Below are positions 11,338-24,300 of a DNA stretch of 64,000 nucleotides, in pieces. Both the position numbers and the translations under genes were made by a program. Source of the DNA: Selaginella moellendorffii. Taxonomy: Eukaryota; Plantae; Lycopodiophyta. The stretch spans positions 186,001 through 250,000 of the forward strand of contig NW_003314271.1 in assembly GCF_000143415.4 (NCBI RefSeq), given 5' to 3'. The notes beneath the pieces are model-generated. The model did not search any database, was not told the origin of the DNA, and saw nothing but the letters and a program-made list of their open reading frames with translations. The first letter of the stretch is position 1; each line of letters opens with the position of its first letter.

Positions 11338-12798
11338 TATATGACTAAATTTTTCATTTTACTTTAGTCACTTAATCACATCTCTGCCCACTTGGAGGAG
11401 TCTCACTCACTACCTCCATAAGTCCTATTCTAAACTTAGGGCTTGCTAGCCCCAAAAATGACATTTATACCACTCAACCTTTACAGTTGGTCCAAGTGCT
11501 TTATGTGTCCAATCCCATGACCAACACTCAAAGGTACCACTAACATATTAGCCCGTTATACTAAAGCCATGCCCATTCACCTTTAGCACATAGTGATCCA
11601 ACACTACCTACATCACAATCTTGTCTTTCAAAGATTATGTCATTTGTCCATGAGTGATCATCTTAGATTCATTCCTTAGCATCTTTAAGATACCCATAAA
11701 CATAGGGAATAACCTTCCCTAATATCCTTTTTTCGGTCCCCACCAAATCTCTTTTTGTCTATAACTGTGTTTGCCAACATTGCCACTAAGTCAAGGTTTA
11801 CAGGCTCAACCACTAAATCCCACTATCCTCTGGGATTTCCTCACCATATGACCATATCCTTGGTCACTACACTAAAGGATTGCTCCTCTTTCTTTTCACA
11901 AATTGGGACTTTGGGACAACATTTTAGAACACCGGGGCCCTACGCAAGCCTTTTAAGTACTCTCCCCACCTTCTGCCTTTGGGTGCTCTAGCTATAGAGC
12001 TAGAGAGAGGTTTTATTGAGCCATGCCAGGTATCCAAGTAGATAGTGCCACCCATGCTTGGATTGGGAGCATCGATCATTTGATCTCCCGGGGAAACTAG
12101 AGCCGGCTCTTGAACACTTCACTAAGCTTCCCCGCTTGTCTGTCCGTATTTACTCTAGCTTTGGACTCATCAATGGATATACCATCACCCAGCACATAGG
12201 CATAGCACTTTTAGGTCACACTAGCCTTTTTTGGCCAAACTGGCTCCACTGGGGTCCAACCCCCACACTCTCCCTATTATACATTTGGAACACCCTATAG
12301 CCCCCCCCCCCCCCCCCGGGGAACGATCACTTTCACCCAACAGTCTATATTAGTATTTAGACTCAAACTCAAACTTGGACTCGATCTTGGTTTCAGTTTC
12401 GGACTTGGACTCGGTCTTGGTCTTGGTTCCATTTTGGACTCCATCTTAGGTCCATCTTAGACTTCATCTCGGACTCCATCTCAGGTCCATCTCGGACTTC
12501 ATCTTGAACTCCATCTTAGATTCATCTTGGATTCCATCTCAGACCCCATCTTGGGTCCATCTCAACACTTTCATATGTCATGTGTTAGTCCTCTTGTGTC
12601 TCTTTTCTAGAGACTCACTTATTGCTCGCTTTGTGCTCATTACTTGAGCACTTCATTGAGAGTTCCACTCCTGCTCTCGACTTTTCAAGTTGAAGCTTTT
12701 GGTCCAAATGTATTACTTTTGTTTGGCTTCCGTTTTGGCCACTACCATATGGCACCTTTTCAACTCCACTTTTGGGGTTCTAGGATTTGTATCTCACA
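11338..12798 (-). mobile_element. Family G solo LTR inserted in the F LTR
   Basis: Reverse complement of 57990-59793; degraded TSD CCAAA / CTGAA (both derivable from CCGAA); hexamer array ~12360-12565. Confidence 0.85.
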
Positions 12799-12818
12799 CT
12801 GAAGTCAAATTTGCAACA

Positions 12819-13247
12819 TAAAAACAGCTCAATCTCCAAATAAAGCTCTCTCTATTACACTTCTTGCTATTAGGGAAATCCTTGTTAGTTTCTTTTCCTC
12901 AGTTTAGTAATATGCTTAAACTAAGTGGGTAGTCTTAGTTAACCTAAATTTGTGCATATAAGCATTACCAGGGTGCATGCTATTGATGCCATATAGACAA
13001 TTTAGGGCCACACCATCCATATGCAATTAAGCTGGCTAGAACCTAAATCCACAAATAGCTATATTTGCCCTTTCACAGAGTGTATGTAGGGTAACAAATG
13101 GTTGCAGATACTCAGGCAAACATGCCCTCATAATGCATCCAGCATAAGTTGCATTCAAAACTTCAATGATTTATGGAGTTTTATAATTCACATCACATAT
13201 CACATTTTGTTACATTCTTCATAATTGTAAGAGCCTTGCTAAGAGTA
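12819..13247 (-). pseudogene. Decayed 5.8S-ITS2-26S(5' end) rDNA fragment
   Basis: ATCCTTGTTAGTTTCTTTTCCTC...ATATGCTTAAACT matches the LSU 5' end (rc); 13107-13247 matches 5.8S (rc) with many transitions. Confidence 0.85.
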
Positions 13248-14122
13248 ACATTTTGGTTTTCTTATATGGTCCTAACTTGCCCTTTAGGACCACAAAGTAA
13301 AAACAACTAGCTTGATAACAACCACTTAGCCTCCAAACATGCCATATCCCTAGCCAATGGTTGAGGGATGATAAGATAAGTGGAAGGGGGCACATATGCA
13401 CAAATTCATGTAGCTAAATTAAGTGTCCTGGCTAGCTATGCCTCTAGACGGCCCTTTAGGAGACAATATAATGTTATGGAATTCCTTATGATGGGGATGT
13501 CTTCCAGAAATTTAGGTTATGGGCTAAGAAGAGCAGTCTTCTAGCCAAATTGGAGGTCATCTTAATTGAAGAAGCATTGGCTCCTAGAAGCTTGGTGGGG
13601 CTATTCTTTCTCCTCCCTAGAGGCAATGCTCTCAAATGATATTTTTACTGTTTTTGTTTCTTTAGCTAAATCCTAAAATTTTCTTCTATTATGAGTAAAT
13701 AACATGTTGCATATTGTGTATATATACTGTAAATAAAACTGAAAACTTTAGATAAGTAATATACCATGACAGGAATATCTATTATAAAATTTAAGAAAAT
13801 TGTATTAGCACATAACATAGACCTCCAAATAAATATGAAGAATCATATAAGTCCATCTTTCCAACTAAGCTTCCAATTCACAAAACAATGCTATTTCCAA
13901 TTTATGTGAATGACATATAAAAGAATCCTCAAATAATCACTAGAAACTGTGGTGAGGGGAGGTGAAGACTTCCAAGGAGATGAAAGAGCCTCTTTAGCTA
14001 CAATAAGGAGACCTTCTTGGTGAAGAGTGCTTTTATTTTAATGGTAATGGTAACTCTTATGCACTTTCTGAACTTAAAAAGCTTAAAATCTCCATGATAA
14101 TTACTTCCATTTCAAAATCAAG

Positions 14123-15389
14123 TTAAGTCCTCAGAGTGTCCAAGAGCCACTGGCGATTAAGTCCCCCAGCTTGCAAAGCCATAATATAATCCTTATAAAA
14201 CATAGGCTTAAACACTGGAGAACCCTCCACCAATTTGCTCGCTGGGTGCACCAAACTCTCCCAATTGGGCCCCATTGATATTGGAATGGACATTCGATCT
14301 TCACTGCTATTAACCACAGCCCTGTGCTCAGCGCTCTTATACTTGTCATTGCTCAAAATCTGGAAGAGAATAAAAAGAAAACATTAACTTTGACCAGTCA
14401 GTCAATGCTAGTAAACGAGAAAGAGTAAACGCTGACCTGGATCTGGTCGCCCAGATTGACCACGAACGAGTAAGGTATGGGCTTCACGGAGTACCACTCG
14501 TTACCGTGCATCACCTGGAGACCCTCGACGTGATCTTGGAGCAGCAGCGTGATCGATCCGGGGTCCGAGTGTGGGCCGATTCCCAGCACCAGATCGGGCT
14601 CGGGGCAAGCAGGATAGAAGTTGAGAGCCATGATTTGCGAGCAGCCATTGAATGCCTTGTCAATGTAATCCTTTGGAAGATCCAAGCTCTCGGAGATGAG
14701 CTCCAGGAGGAACTTTGCAAGGTTGCGAACGCGAGTGGAGTAATCGGCAGTAACTTTCCTATAAGATGATCATATACCAGCGATGTTAAGAAAGGATGGC
14801 GAGAAGGTATTTATACCTGTAAGATGCTGGCTTTTCAGGCCAGAGATCTTGCATCTCGGCCAGTGGGAGGCAGCTATGGCGGAGGTAATCTCTCCAGCTA
14901 AAGACCTTGTCTTGTGCAACATTGAAGCTGGTTCCATACCTCATTCGGGATTCGGTGTCTGTGGAGAAGTAACGCATTTTCTCCTCGTTTGGGAGAGCGT
15001 GGAATTCGCGAGCCACCGATTGCATTTCATCCACCAAAGAATGGGGAACACCGTGATTGATCACCTGTATGGCGAAGATCACACAATTCTCGATCAATTC
15101 TAGACCCAGTGATGGAACAAAGAGATTTTGGGACATCCAACACCCAACAAGAACAATAGCACACCTGGAAGAAGCCCCATTTCATGCAAGCTTCACGGAT
15201 TTGCGGGACAAGCGCTGCTCGAGCCTCGCTCGAATTCAAGGCGGCGCCAAGATCCAAGACTGGGAAGCTTTCCTCGCGATGAACGACATTTGGGCGCTCC
15301 TCTTTGGATCGGATGTAAATGCCGGGCACCTTGTGAAGGCCCGAATCCAGCAGATGTTTCACACCTAAGTGGAGCGGAAGAATTTCCAT
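14123..15389 (-). CDS. 2-oxoglutarate/Fe(II)-dependent dioxygenase (DOXC, DMR6/DLO-like), 343 aa, apparently intact
   Basis: Exons 15389-15165, 15064-14817, 14758-14437, 14359-14123 (225+248+322+237 nt); GT-AG introns; motifs WGFFQVINHG, WRDYLR, NFYPACP, HSD...H, RMS. Confidence 0.93.
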
Positions 15390-16289
15390 TGTCTTCCTAT
15401 GGTAGCGTTTCGGCTTTAGGTAGCACTGGTCCTTATTATGAATACACATGTTGCGCAAGAGTGTTTTATAAATTAAAATATGTTACTTTAATGTGAACGT
15501 GGTATCACTGGCTTGTATTATTAATAAAATAGAGCTTAACATCAGAACTAGAATATGGCTAAATAACATGATGAATGCACGGAATTTTAAAGTCTTCTGC
15601 CAACCGCAAGTTTTATCTATAAGCTTAACTATACTTGCTAATATATATACTTTATTATGAAACATGTGAAGTTTATTTTTTTAAAGAAACCGACATAATT
15701 GCTTTCTTAGATGTTTTTGGCATGCAAGCTGGTGACATCCTTTTGAAATGGCCCGAATCCACCAGATTCTTCACACCCGAGTGGAGTGGAAGAACTTCGG
15801 TGGCCATTGTTGAGCTCTTCGTAAAGATAAGAAGGTCAACTACCGCTCAGCGGTCCAGATGGCATCACGAATGGACGGACGTGATTGCTCTATTATATGC
15901 CACAGGCAATGTCGTCTTCCAGGGCGGAGGCGCCACCGTCGGCGCTCCAGCCGGCTGCCCTAGGAGGAAGAACGCGCTGGAGTCTGGCAGCTGCCAGCGG
16001 CGAATTGATCCGCTCGAGCAGCAAAGGGCATTGTGCTGCTGGAACTGGAGAGATCGGGTACCTTGATTCCGGAGAAGAGAATCCGCGCGGGTCGCTTCGG
16101 CAGCGCCATGCCGCGCTCTTCTGCTCAGCATTGCTGGGCGCTGGCGATGATCAGCGCAAGGAGAATTCCATGGCGGTGGCGGTCAGGAAGGGTTCTAGGG
16201 GGAGGAGGAAAGAGTCCTTATCAGCGAGGAAAAATTTTGGCCACTGCTCGACAGGCTCTAAAGTCGTGTAAATCAAATTACGCGCTCAC

Positions 16290-17213
16290 GACCAAAGAGG
16301 TCCAAGAGGACGTTCATCGGATCATCGAGACTGGATTTTTCGCGTCTTGCATGCCTGTTGCCGAAGATACACGAGGCTGCTGGATGAGAGCTTCTCCGAT
16401 GATCATCTCCGCGACGTGATCCTCAACTTCGTCATCGCCAGGAGGGACACCACCGCCAGCACTCTCTCGTATTTCACCTACATGATAGCCTCCCATCCGG
16501 ATTGCGCCACCAAAATCTACCAGGAGCTCCACGAGTTTGAAGAATTCCAGCTCAGCGAGAATTCCCATCGCGCAAGTAGTTTCGAGGACAAGATCCAAGG
16601 ATTTACCCAGCTGCTAACATACGAATTGCTGGCTAAGCTCGTCTATCTCCACGCCGCGCTCATGGAAACTCTCAGGCCCTTCCCTGCCATACCTCTGGTG
16701 AATGAGAGAGAGAATCCCTTTGGATTCTCATTCAAAGCTTCTTGAACTAATGATTTTTCTTTCCAGAACTTCAAACTAGCTGTCACGGATGATGTTCTTC
16801 CATCGGGTGCTGTGGTGAAAAGAGGATCCACGGTTTCATACGTGCCGTATTGCATGGCCCGTGTTGAATCGATCTGGGGCTCCGATGCATCGCAGTTTCG
16901 TCCCGAGAGATGGCACAGAGATGGAGCCTGGGATTTCAGCGTCTCTCCATTCAAGTTCACGGCATTCCAGGTAATCTATCGATCAAACAAAGGACGAGAT
17001 GAGGAGCGAGCGAGCAACATTTCCTTTTTGCAGGCAGGGCCCCGCATTTGTTTTGGCAAAGACAGTGCCTTCTTGCAGATGAAGATCACAGCAGCACTCC
17101 TGTGCCGATTTTTCAAGTTTCAACTTGTTCCTGGGCAGATTCTGATGTACTGAGTCATGGCCACCATCTCCCTTGTGAATGGTGTCAAAGTCACCATCTC
17201 CAACTCCACTTGA
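16290..17213 (+). pseudogene. Cytochrome P450 CYP86-clan (CYP704-like) C-terminal half, pseudogene
   Basis: LRDVILNFVIARRDTT (AGRDTT mutated), ETLR, FRPERW, FQ/AGPRICFGK heme motif split by an intron; premature TGA at 17151-17153; no recognisable N-terminus. Confidence 0.85.
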
Positions 17214-17799
17214 GAATAAGAGAATTGGAATTTTTTTGGTCCTTATATAGAATAAGCAAAAAAATGTCCATCTTCTCTGTACCATGTTTGAGCTCATAAG
17301 ATCAATTGAAAGTTAGTACTTTGTTTGTTAGTTCTTTTCCAGAATGGCTAGAAGGGTAACTCAAAGTCTAGCAAGAATGCAATGGTCAGGTGGTTTCATG
17401 TCAAGTAGAAGTCTACTACTTTTGCTATTTGTGAATATGTGATTGCACATGAGTGGATTTTTTATTTACAAATGTGTAGATATGTTATTTTGTTTTCAAA
17501 TGCACACTGTGAGTGTTTGGAATATGAAAAGGGAATATAGAAAATGTGCATATCAATTAGCCCAAAAACCCTACCTTATATATAGGAGCGAGTGGTCCGG
17601 ATTAAAACTAATTTAACAACTATCAAAATCCTATTATGCTAATATTAGTATACGGCATCATAACTATACACTTGGCCCTCACATCATTCCTTCCTCTTGG
17701 AATAATGGAAGACCATTAGGGTTCTCTTGTAGAGGGGCCGGGATTTAGAGGAACATTAGAAAGAGGCATTGGCAGATCTGTAGGTGGGATTAATCGCTC

Positions 17800-20700
17800 A
17801 TGATCCCTTTGTATAAAGTGTTTCAATTGCTAAACATGCACAATCTATAGAGGATCGGTTTGTTGGACGTCATGTCAAACCTTATAAACCTGTGGTCCAA
17901 CTTACCGCAACACCTGATACAGTCCTTTCTACTGAGCAAGGAGCCCCTTAGATAAACCACATACCGTCAAATGGGGAAAATGGACTAACACCAAGTCATC
18001 CACTTTATACTTCTTAGGTGAATGATGATGGGAGTTGTTGTAGCGCATGTGATCATGGGATGAGATTTGGATATACTGTCACTGTGAATCCTTGGAACTT
18101 TGGGGGATAAATGGGGATAAAATAGCCACTAAGGGCTCTCTCATCAAGCAATTGCCCCTTTTCCAGTTGGCTTAAGAGGAGAGAGATAAAGTGTGCTACA
18201 GTTGTAATGCTGTTATTATCGCACTTGTATGCGACCTAAGTGTTCGGTAGACTCTGCTTGGACAAGTGGAAGAATGATTGTCAAATACTGATCCCACGAC
18301 TTAGCATCAACAACTCATGGCAATTGCGAAAGTAAACCCAGCTTCGTTAGTAATATTGGATCATAACCATATAGAAATTTATATGATGAAGCACCAATAG
18401 AACTTTGCACCCCTGTGATATATGCATACTGAAGAGATAGCAAATAACCATCCCAATCCGAATGCTGAAAGTTCACATACTTCGTGATTATCCTTTTGAA
18501 CATCCGAATGAGCCATTCCATTAGACTATTTGATTGTGGATGATAAACACTCGTGAAAGTGTGGCATATCCCCCAACCAAGACATCAAAACATGAAATGC
18601 CTTAGCCATAAATGCGGGACCATTATCCAAACGAATCCGCTCTGGACAAGAATGCTGGAACACCACTCGATTAAGGAGGAAGTATCCAATAGCAATTGCG
18701 AAGGTGCTAACAAAAACACAAACTTCCACCCAACGAGTTAAATAGTCAGAAGCAATAATAACAAATTCATTGCTAGCAGTCGACCATGGAAAAGATCCCA
18801 TAAGATCAAATGCTGCCAACTCAAACAAACAGAAAATTGCAATTGACTATAACTGTCCTTCCACAGCATGAGAAGGAGTATTATGAGCTTGGCACCAAAC
18901 ACTGATACGCACATACTGGATAATGTCACGTCGCATCTTTAGCCAATAGAAAGACCTGCGCAGCTTCTGGGTCACATGATGATGTCCCATATGCCCACCT
19001 AGAATAGGAGAATCATAGTAGGCATGGAGAAACCGCGGAATAAAGACAGAAGGCACCACCAGCCGTAAATGATTATCAGGATCCATCCCCACAAAATAAA
19101 GAAGACCGTCTTCAAGGCGATATTGAGAATGTAAATGCCGGAAAGGCAAATCATCAATAAGTGATGTAATATTCTCAAACCCATCTCAAAGCCTTTGAAT
19201 CCATGGCTTAATCTTTTGAGCTTTGTAAACCTCATCAAGAGAAGGTAGATCTTGCTTTGCGCCTTGTGGACACTAAACATCAAATACAACAACTACCAAT
19301 GGCATAAAATCTTCATCTAGAAAATCCATAGATGTTAGAACAACAAACTCATCAAAAACATGAGAAGAGAGTGGAGAAGGAAGAGGAGCTTGAAAAAGGG
19401 CATCAACATTAGCCATAAAACTCCTTGGGTAATGAACAACGTCAAAATTATATATTTGAAGCTTCAAAGCCCACTGAGCAGTACAATCAACCAGGTTCTT
19501 TCGCTTCAATAATGAAGTAACAACAACATTGTTACTTTCAAGTAACGTCCAAGAACCATGTAGATATGCATGAAGTTTCTTGAAACCCTAGATTGCTACT
19601 AAACACTCCTTCTTTGTCATGGAGTAGTTCACCTTTGCTGGTTGTAATGTATGGATTATATATGCAATAGGATGGCACTGACTAGACACACTTGGGTTCT
19701 CTTGCATCAACACACCTTCAAGACCAATATCAGAAGCATCCACATGCAAAATAAAAGGTTGAGTGTAATCAGGATATGCCAAACCAGAGGAGTTATCAAT
19801 AGCTCTTTGAGATCCACAAATGCCCACTCACAATCTGGAGACCAGATGAAAGATGATGTTGATAACTTCAGCAATGCTCGCAACGGTGTAGTGCGATCAA
19901 AAAGATGATCCACAAAATGACCAAGATACTACACCTTGTCCAAGAAGTGTTGCACATCATTCACACACTTTGGAATAGAGAACTTTAGAACAGCCATAAG
20001 TTTGTCAAGATCAACCTGCAAACCCTCACAAGAAATACAGTATCTAAGATAAATTCTATCTTTGGACCCAAATACGCACTTCGACTGCTTCAACTTTAAA
20101 CCAACGTCCCATAGTCAATCCAACACTTTACAAATATCATGAATGTGCTCTTCCCACGTCCCCTCTGAGTGGATCAAGACATCATCAATGAAGTCAGTAG
20201 TCACTTCCGACATATCATAAAGAACTTCGTCCATCATCCGCTGGAAAGTTGTTAGAGCATTGTTCAAACCAAACGGCATCACCAAAAACTCATACAAACC
20301 AAATGGTGTATAAAAAAAGGTCTTAGGAATATCTTCTGCAGCCATAGTAACTTGCCGGTAGCCAGAAGCAAAACCTAGCTTGGCGAACTAACGACTTCAC
20401 CCCAGACGATCCAAGAGATCAGTAGTGTGAGGAAAAGGGTACACATCCGGGATTGTCACTTTATTTAATGCATGATAGTCGATGTAGAAATGAATACTCC
20501 CATCAGGCGTCATCACAAGATGAGGTTCACATGCTCAAGGACTCTGCAACTTCAGAATAACACCCTTCTCTAACATCTCCTTGACGTTTGCATGTAAAAT
20601 CTTGATTTCTTTGGGTGACCGATGATGAACAGGAACATTGATTGGATGAGCATCCCTAGTTAGAATCAGATAACATGTGGCAATCTTGGCCCTAGACGAT

Positions 20701-21300
20701 AGGTCAAATTCAAAGAGATCAAAATACTCCTTCATGAGTCAGTTAACCGCTACAACACAAAGATTGTCGAAGGGATCAAAAAAGGGAAGAGCAGAATAAG
20801 ACGGAAACATAAGAGGAAATAGTGGGGGAACAAAAGTAATGAAGGTAGAGGTAGAAATAGAGGGACGAAGGGGTATGGAAGTGAAAGGAATGGATGAAAT
20901 ATATAGAAGTATAAGACAAGGGGGAGAAGCCTCAAAGTCACACTTGGCATGATTGCGTTGCAACCAATCCATACCAAGGATGAAGTCAAAAGCTTGACTT
21001 GGCACCACCCACAATGACTGCAACTCAAGCTTAAGATCGCCCACATGCACAACCAGGTTCGCCTCATCCCATCTACACTTGCATTGTGTGGCAGAACCAA
21101 TTTTCATTCTTTATGGCAACAGTTGTACACATGCATGTGCATGGCAATGGCAACAAGTTGAGTAATAAAAGATAAACTTGAACATATATCAACCAACACG
21201 GAGAGAATAATATTAGACCTCTTGTTATAAAACAAGCTTGGAAAGTAAAAACTGGATGAACCGGTGCCGAGTGAACCCCTTGATGATACTCCCGAAAGAA
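17800..21300 (-). pseudogene. Family H pol (PR-RT-RH-INT) fragments
   Basis: ILGMDWL; TPFGLYEFLVMPFGL..FIDDVLI; LHVDASDIG; GGHMG..CQAH zinc finger; DLMG..DNGPAF integrase core. Confidence 0.9.
18039..18200 (+). mobile_element. Solo LTR of the tRNA-box TRIM family
   Basis: TGTAGC...GCTACA, 162 bp; TSD GTTGT; homologous to 5691-5852. Confidence 0.92.
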
Positions 21301-21379
21301 AGATGGAGGGGTCACTGACTTATTTGTGCAAGATCCCTCCATTACTCACGTGACTCCTCATTTCCCAGATGCATCTAAG

Positions 21380-24300
21380 TGTCGCGAATGTGACTTCGGG
21401 TATCGAAAGTTACCTGTCAACTAGTCCTTACGGACACTCTTACCTTACTGCCACGATGGCAGGAGGTCGGTATTGCTGGACCCGTTATCAGTCTCCGCCT
21501 AAGCTAGTTGAGAAACTGGTCATCACATGTGCACTTAGACCGGAAGGGCACTAAGGAAGGAAATCCTAAGTTGTCATTTAGTCAAGCAGACTTGACACGG
21601 TGATGAGAAACTCATGATGTTGGCTTGCACTTGCTAGTGTTGGGAACCCCCGCGATACTGAGCTTGGTCCCTCAATATCGCTAGATGATAGCTTACCGTG
21701 TCTGCCAAACACCCTCGCTATCATACCCTTTGTGTTGGTCTCATTTCGGTCCCAAATGCTATTTATGGAAAGTGTCTAGATTAGCTCACTTGGCATATCT
21801 ACGGAATGTAGAGATTGGCCTGAACACAATGGTGTTCTTCCCATGTCCAAATTCGCAATCTAAGGACATTCCATGTTTAGTAAGTTTCGGACTTGTCCCA
21901 GAGACTAACTCCTGATACTAAGGGAGGCTTGGGGTGAAAGCCCAAAGCGTGTGTTCCTCAAGGGGGGGGGGCTGTGGGGGGTTCCAAATGTATAGTAGGG
22001 ATAGTGGGTAGGTCGGGCATGGCCGACCAACCTGAGGCATAGTCTAGCTCCCGCTTGCGTGCCTGTCCTTGTTCTGCGTCCGGCTTGGGTCTAAGCCCAA
22101 GTTCCATTCCATGCTAGTTGGTGGAGTACCCATATCCCCACGCTAGGCCACCAGTTGCCGAAATAGCGCCAGACCCTGTTTGGCTCCGTTTTGCGTGCTA
22201 GTCCTAGCATTGGGATGATAGTTGCTTCAGGACTGTTCCAAGTCGCTTCGGGCTCCTATCCCTTCGCTCCTTGGGCTTTATGCTCGGGAGTTGCTCCGTG
22301 GTTCGGTTCCGTCACTCCTTGGCTCCATGCTTGGGAGTTTGGCACCATTCCTTTGTTCAGTGGCCCAAGGCCCTGAACCTCAGGTTCTATGGACACGTGG
22401 CATGGACATGTGGCATGTGACACGTGGCATCTGTCACGTGGCACAAAGAGGGTTTAGGTTCCGCTTCGTGGTGTTATCCTATGGTAAATCACCATAGGAT
22501 AAAGGGTCAAAACCACGTGCGCTACATTTGGTATCAGAGGATGAGTCTCGGCGAGTACTATCCAATGAGATTGGGCAACTAGTCTCGTTGCATACGCAGA
22601 GATGAAAATGATGATCCGAGTGGGTACACGTTTGGTGCAAAGGGTTCACAATTGTTCCTTGGGTATGGTTTTTGTTACCTTTTGTACCGTGATAATGTGA
22701 GCTTGCTCTTGGGCTCATAAGATGGATTGAGTTGTTCCGTTTGCACGAGTTTACGTTTGGGCTCGTGTGTGAGGCACATTAGCAACTCGAGGTTACAATT
22801 GTGAGTTGGCGGGATTAATGTTAGCCTATCAGTGGTTCCATAAGTTGTTCTAGTGGTTCCATGAGTTGTTCCATGTACCATGGGTAAAAGCAAACCTTCC
22901 CTGGGTTTGCTATGAGTGGCAAATAGGCTGGTCCGTAGCTGTTTAGCACGACACTAGTGGATCTTTCCAAGGCATGATTACAAGTGGATCAATCAAGATT
23001 GTAGGGATTAGTCTATTGGTTCAAGTAATCATTGTCATGCTCTCCTATAAACTTTTCTTGGATTGGACTGAAGGCAGTGCGAATGCAAGCTTGAGGTTTA
23101 GTCAAAGATGAGACCGAAAAGAGAGTCATCGGGGACGAAGGATCAAACACGTAAATCATTTTCTTTTCTTGAAGAAATGATTTGCAATGAGGTGTTGACT
23201 CATTGCTCGTATTCACATTATGCAATCAAGAATCCCTATCTTGATGCATGATGATTATGATGGTTTTACAAGTGGTGAGTTATGGGATGGATAGCGGTGA
23301 AGCGCTAAACCATTTTGTCTAGGCTCACTATTGGAAGACTTGGGTTACAATGCTCAATTCTTTTCCGGGGAACCTAGCTATTGCTCCTTGAGTAGCTTGG
23401 TGTTGGGTTAAGTTTTGAGTTTGATCGGATAGCAAGTGGCATGAGCTTGTCTGTGTGGTGAACAAAAGTTAGTGGTGTTGGGTGTTGTAAATCTCTATCG
23501 GTAGAGTGTGGCATTTATGTTGCATTTTGTCGAATCGAGTTTGCACTTGATACTCACATAAACCTTTGAAGTAATGACATAGACATTACTCGTGGTGTTG
23601 CTCAATTGATGATCAAATCATTGTGATTTCCATATCATATCCATGTGATAATGAGCAATGTGTTTACGAAGTTGCTTGGTTAAACGATGATCAACCCCAA
23701 AGTGGTTGATAGTGATGCTAGTCTACTTGCATGAAGTAGCATTGTAGTAGCTTTGACTGAATTCTCGATAGTGGTCCATTATGCTAAGCTTAAGTTGGTA
23801 TGTTGTTCCTTTGAGAGTTTGCCCATAAAATGTTGGAAAAGGGATGTGGCATTCATTTGCTATAACTCATTGGTTTATCCATTAGCACTTGGAGTAGATT
23901 GTTGGATGGAAAAGGTGTGTAGTTAAGGCATTGATATCGTTAACACTTGTGTTAGTGGAAATGGCATTGTTGATTCGAGTGATGAGGAATTTTCCTTAGA
24001 GCTTGATTTTCCATGTCATTTTTCTTGTTAGTGTTTTGGCTTCACATTAGATCTTGAAGGTGATTGAAGAAAAGTGTTAGTGCAATGTGAATATCTGAAG
24101 ATGTGGTCTTCGTGATTAAGCCTTGGATGTTCCATTTGCATTTTACGGATGTCGGTGTTGGATGTCGAAAGAATGGGCAGAAAGATGTTCGAGGCTTAAG
24201 CATATTATAGGTCATGAGAATTTGTGTTGAGGTGAACCTATGTGAAGTTGTTAGTAGGAGGAAGTTGGTTGAGTTTTGAAAATTTGCATTCCTAGATTGA

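Larger units (their letters stand above)
7019..12818 (-). mobile_element. Family F non-autonomous LTR element, old copy (5' LTR 10307-12818 plus 5' internal part), interrupted by nested insertions
   Basis: Reverse complement of 21380-24790; PBS remnant ~10296-10304; LTR end TTTGCAACA at 12818. Confidence 0.85.

Noticed and set aside
15635-16271. GC-rich ORFs upstream of the P450 fragment
   Set aside because: No recognisable P450 N-terminal or other motifs; overlapping ORFs on both strands look like GC-content artefacts.
21595-21960. Hammerhead or twister ribozyme in the F LTR (GTGATGAGAAAC; TAACTCC...GGGTGAAAGCCC)
   Set aside because: No intact CUGANGA/GAAA core with stems, and the loop is one nt short of the twister L4 pattern; a covariance-model search would be needed.
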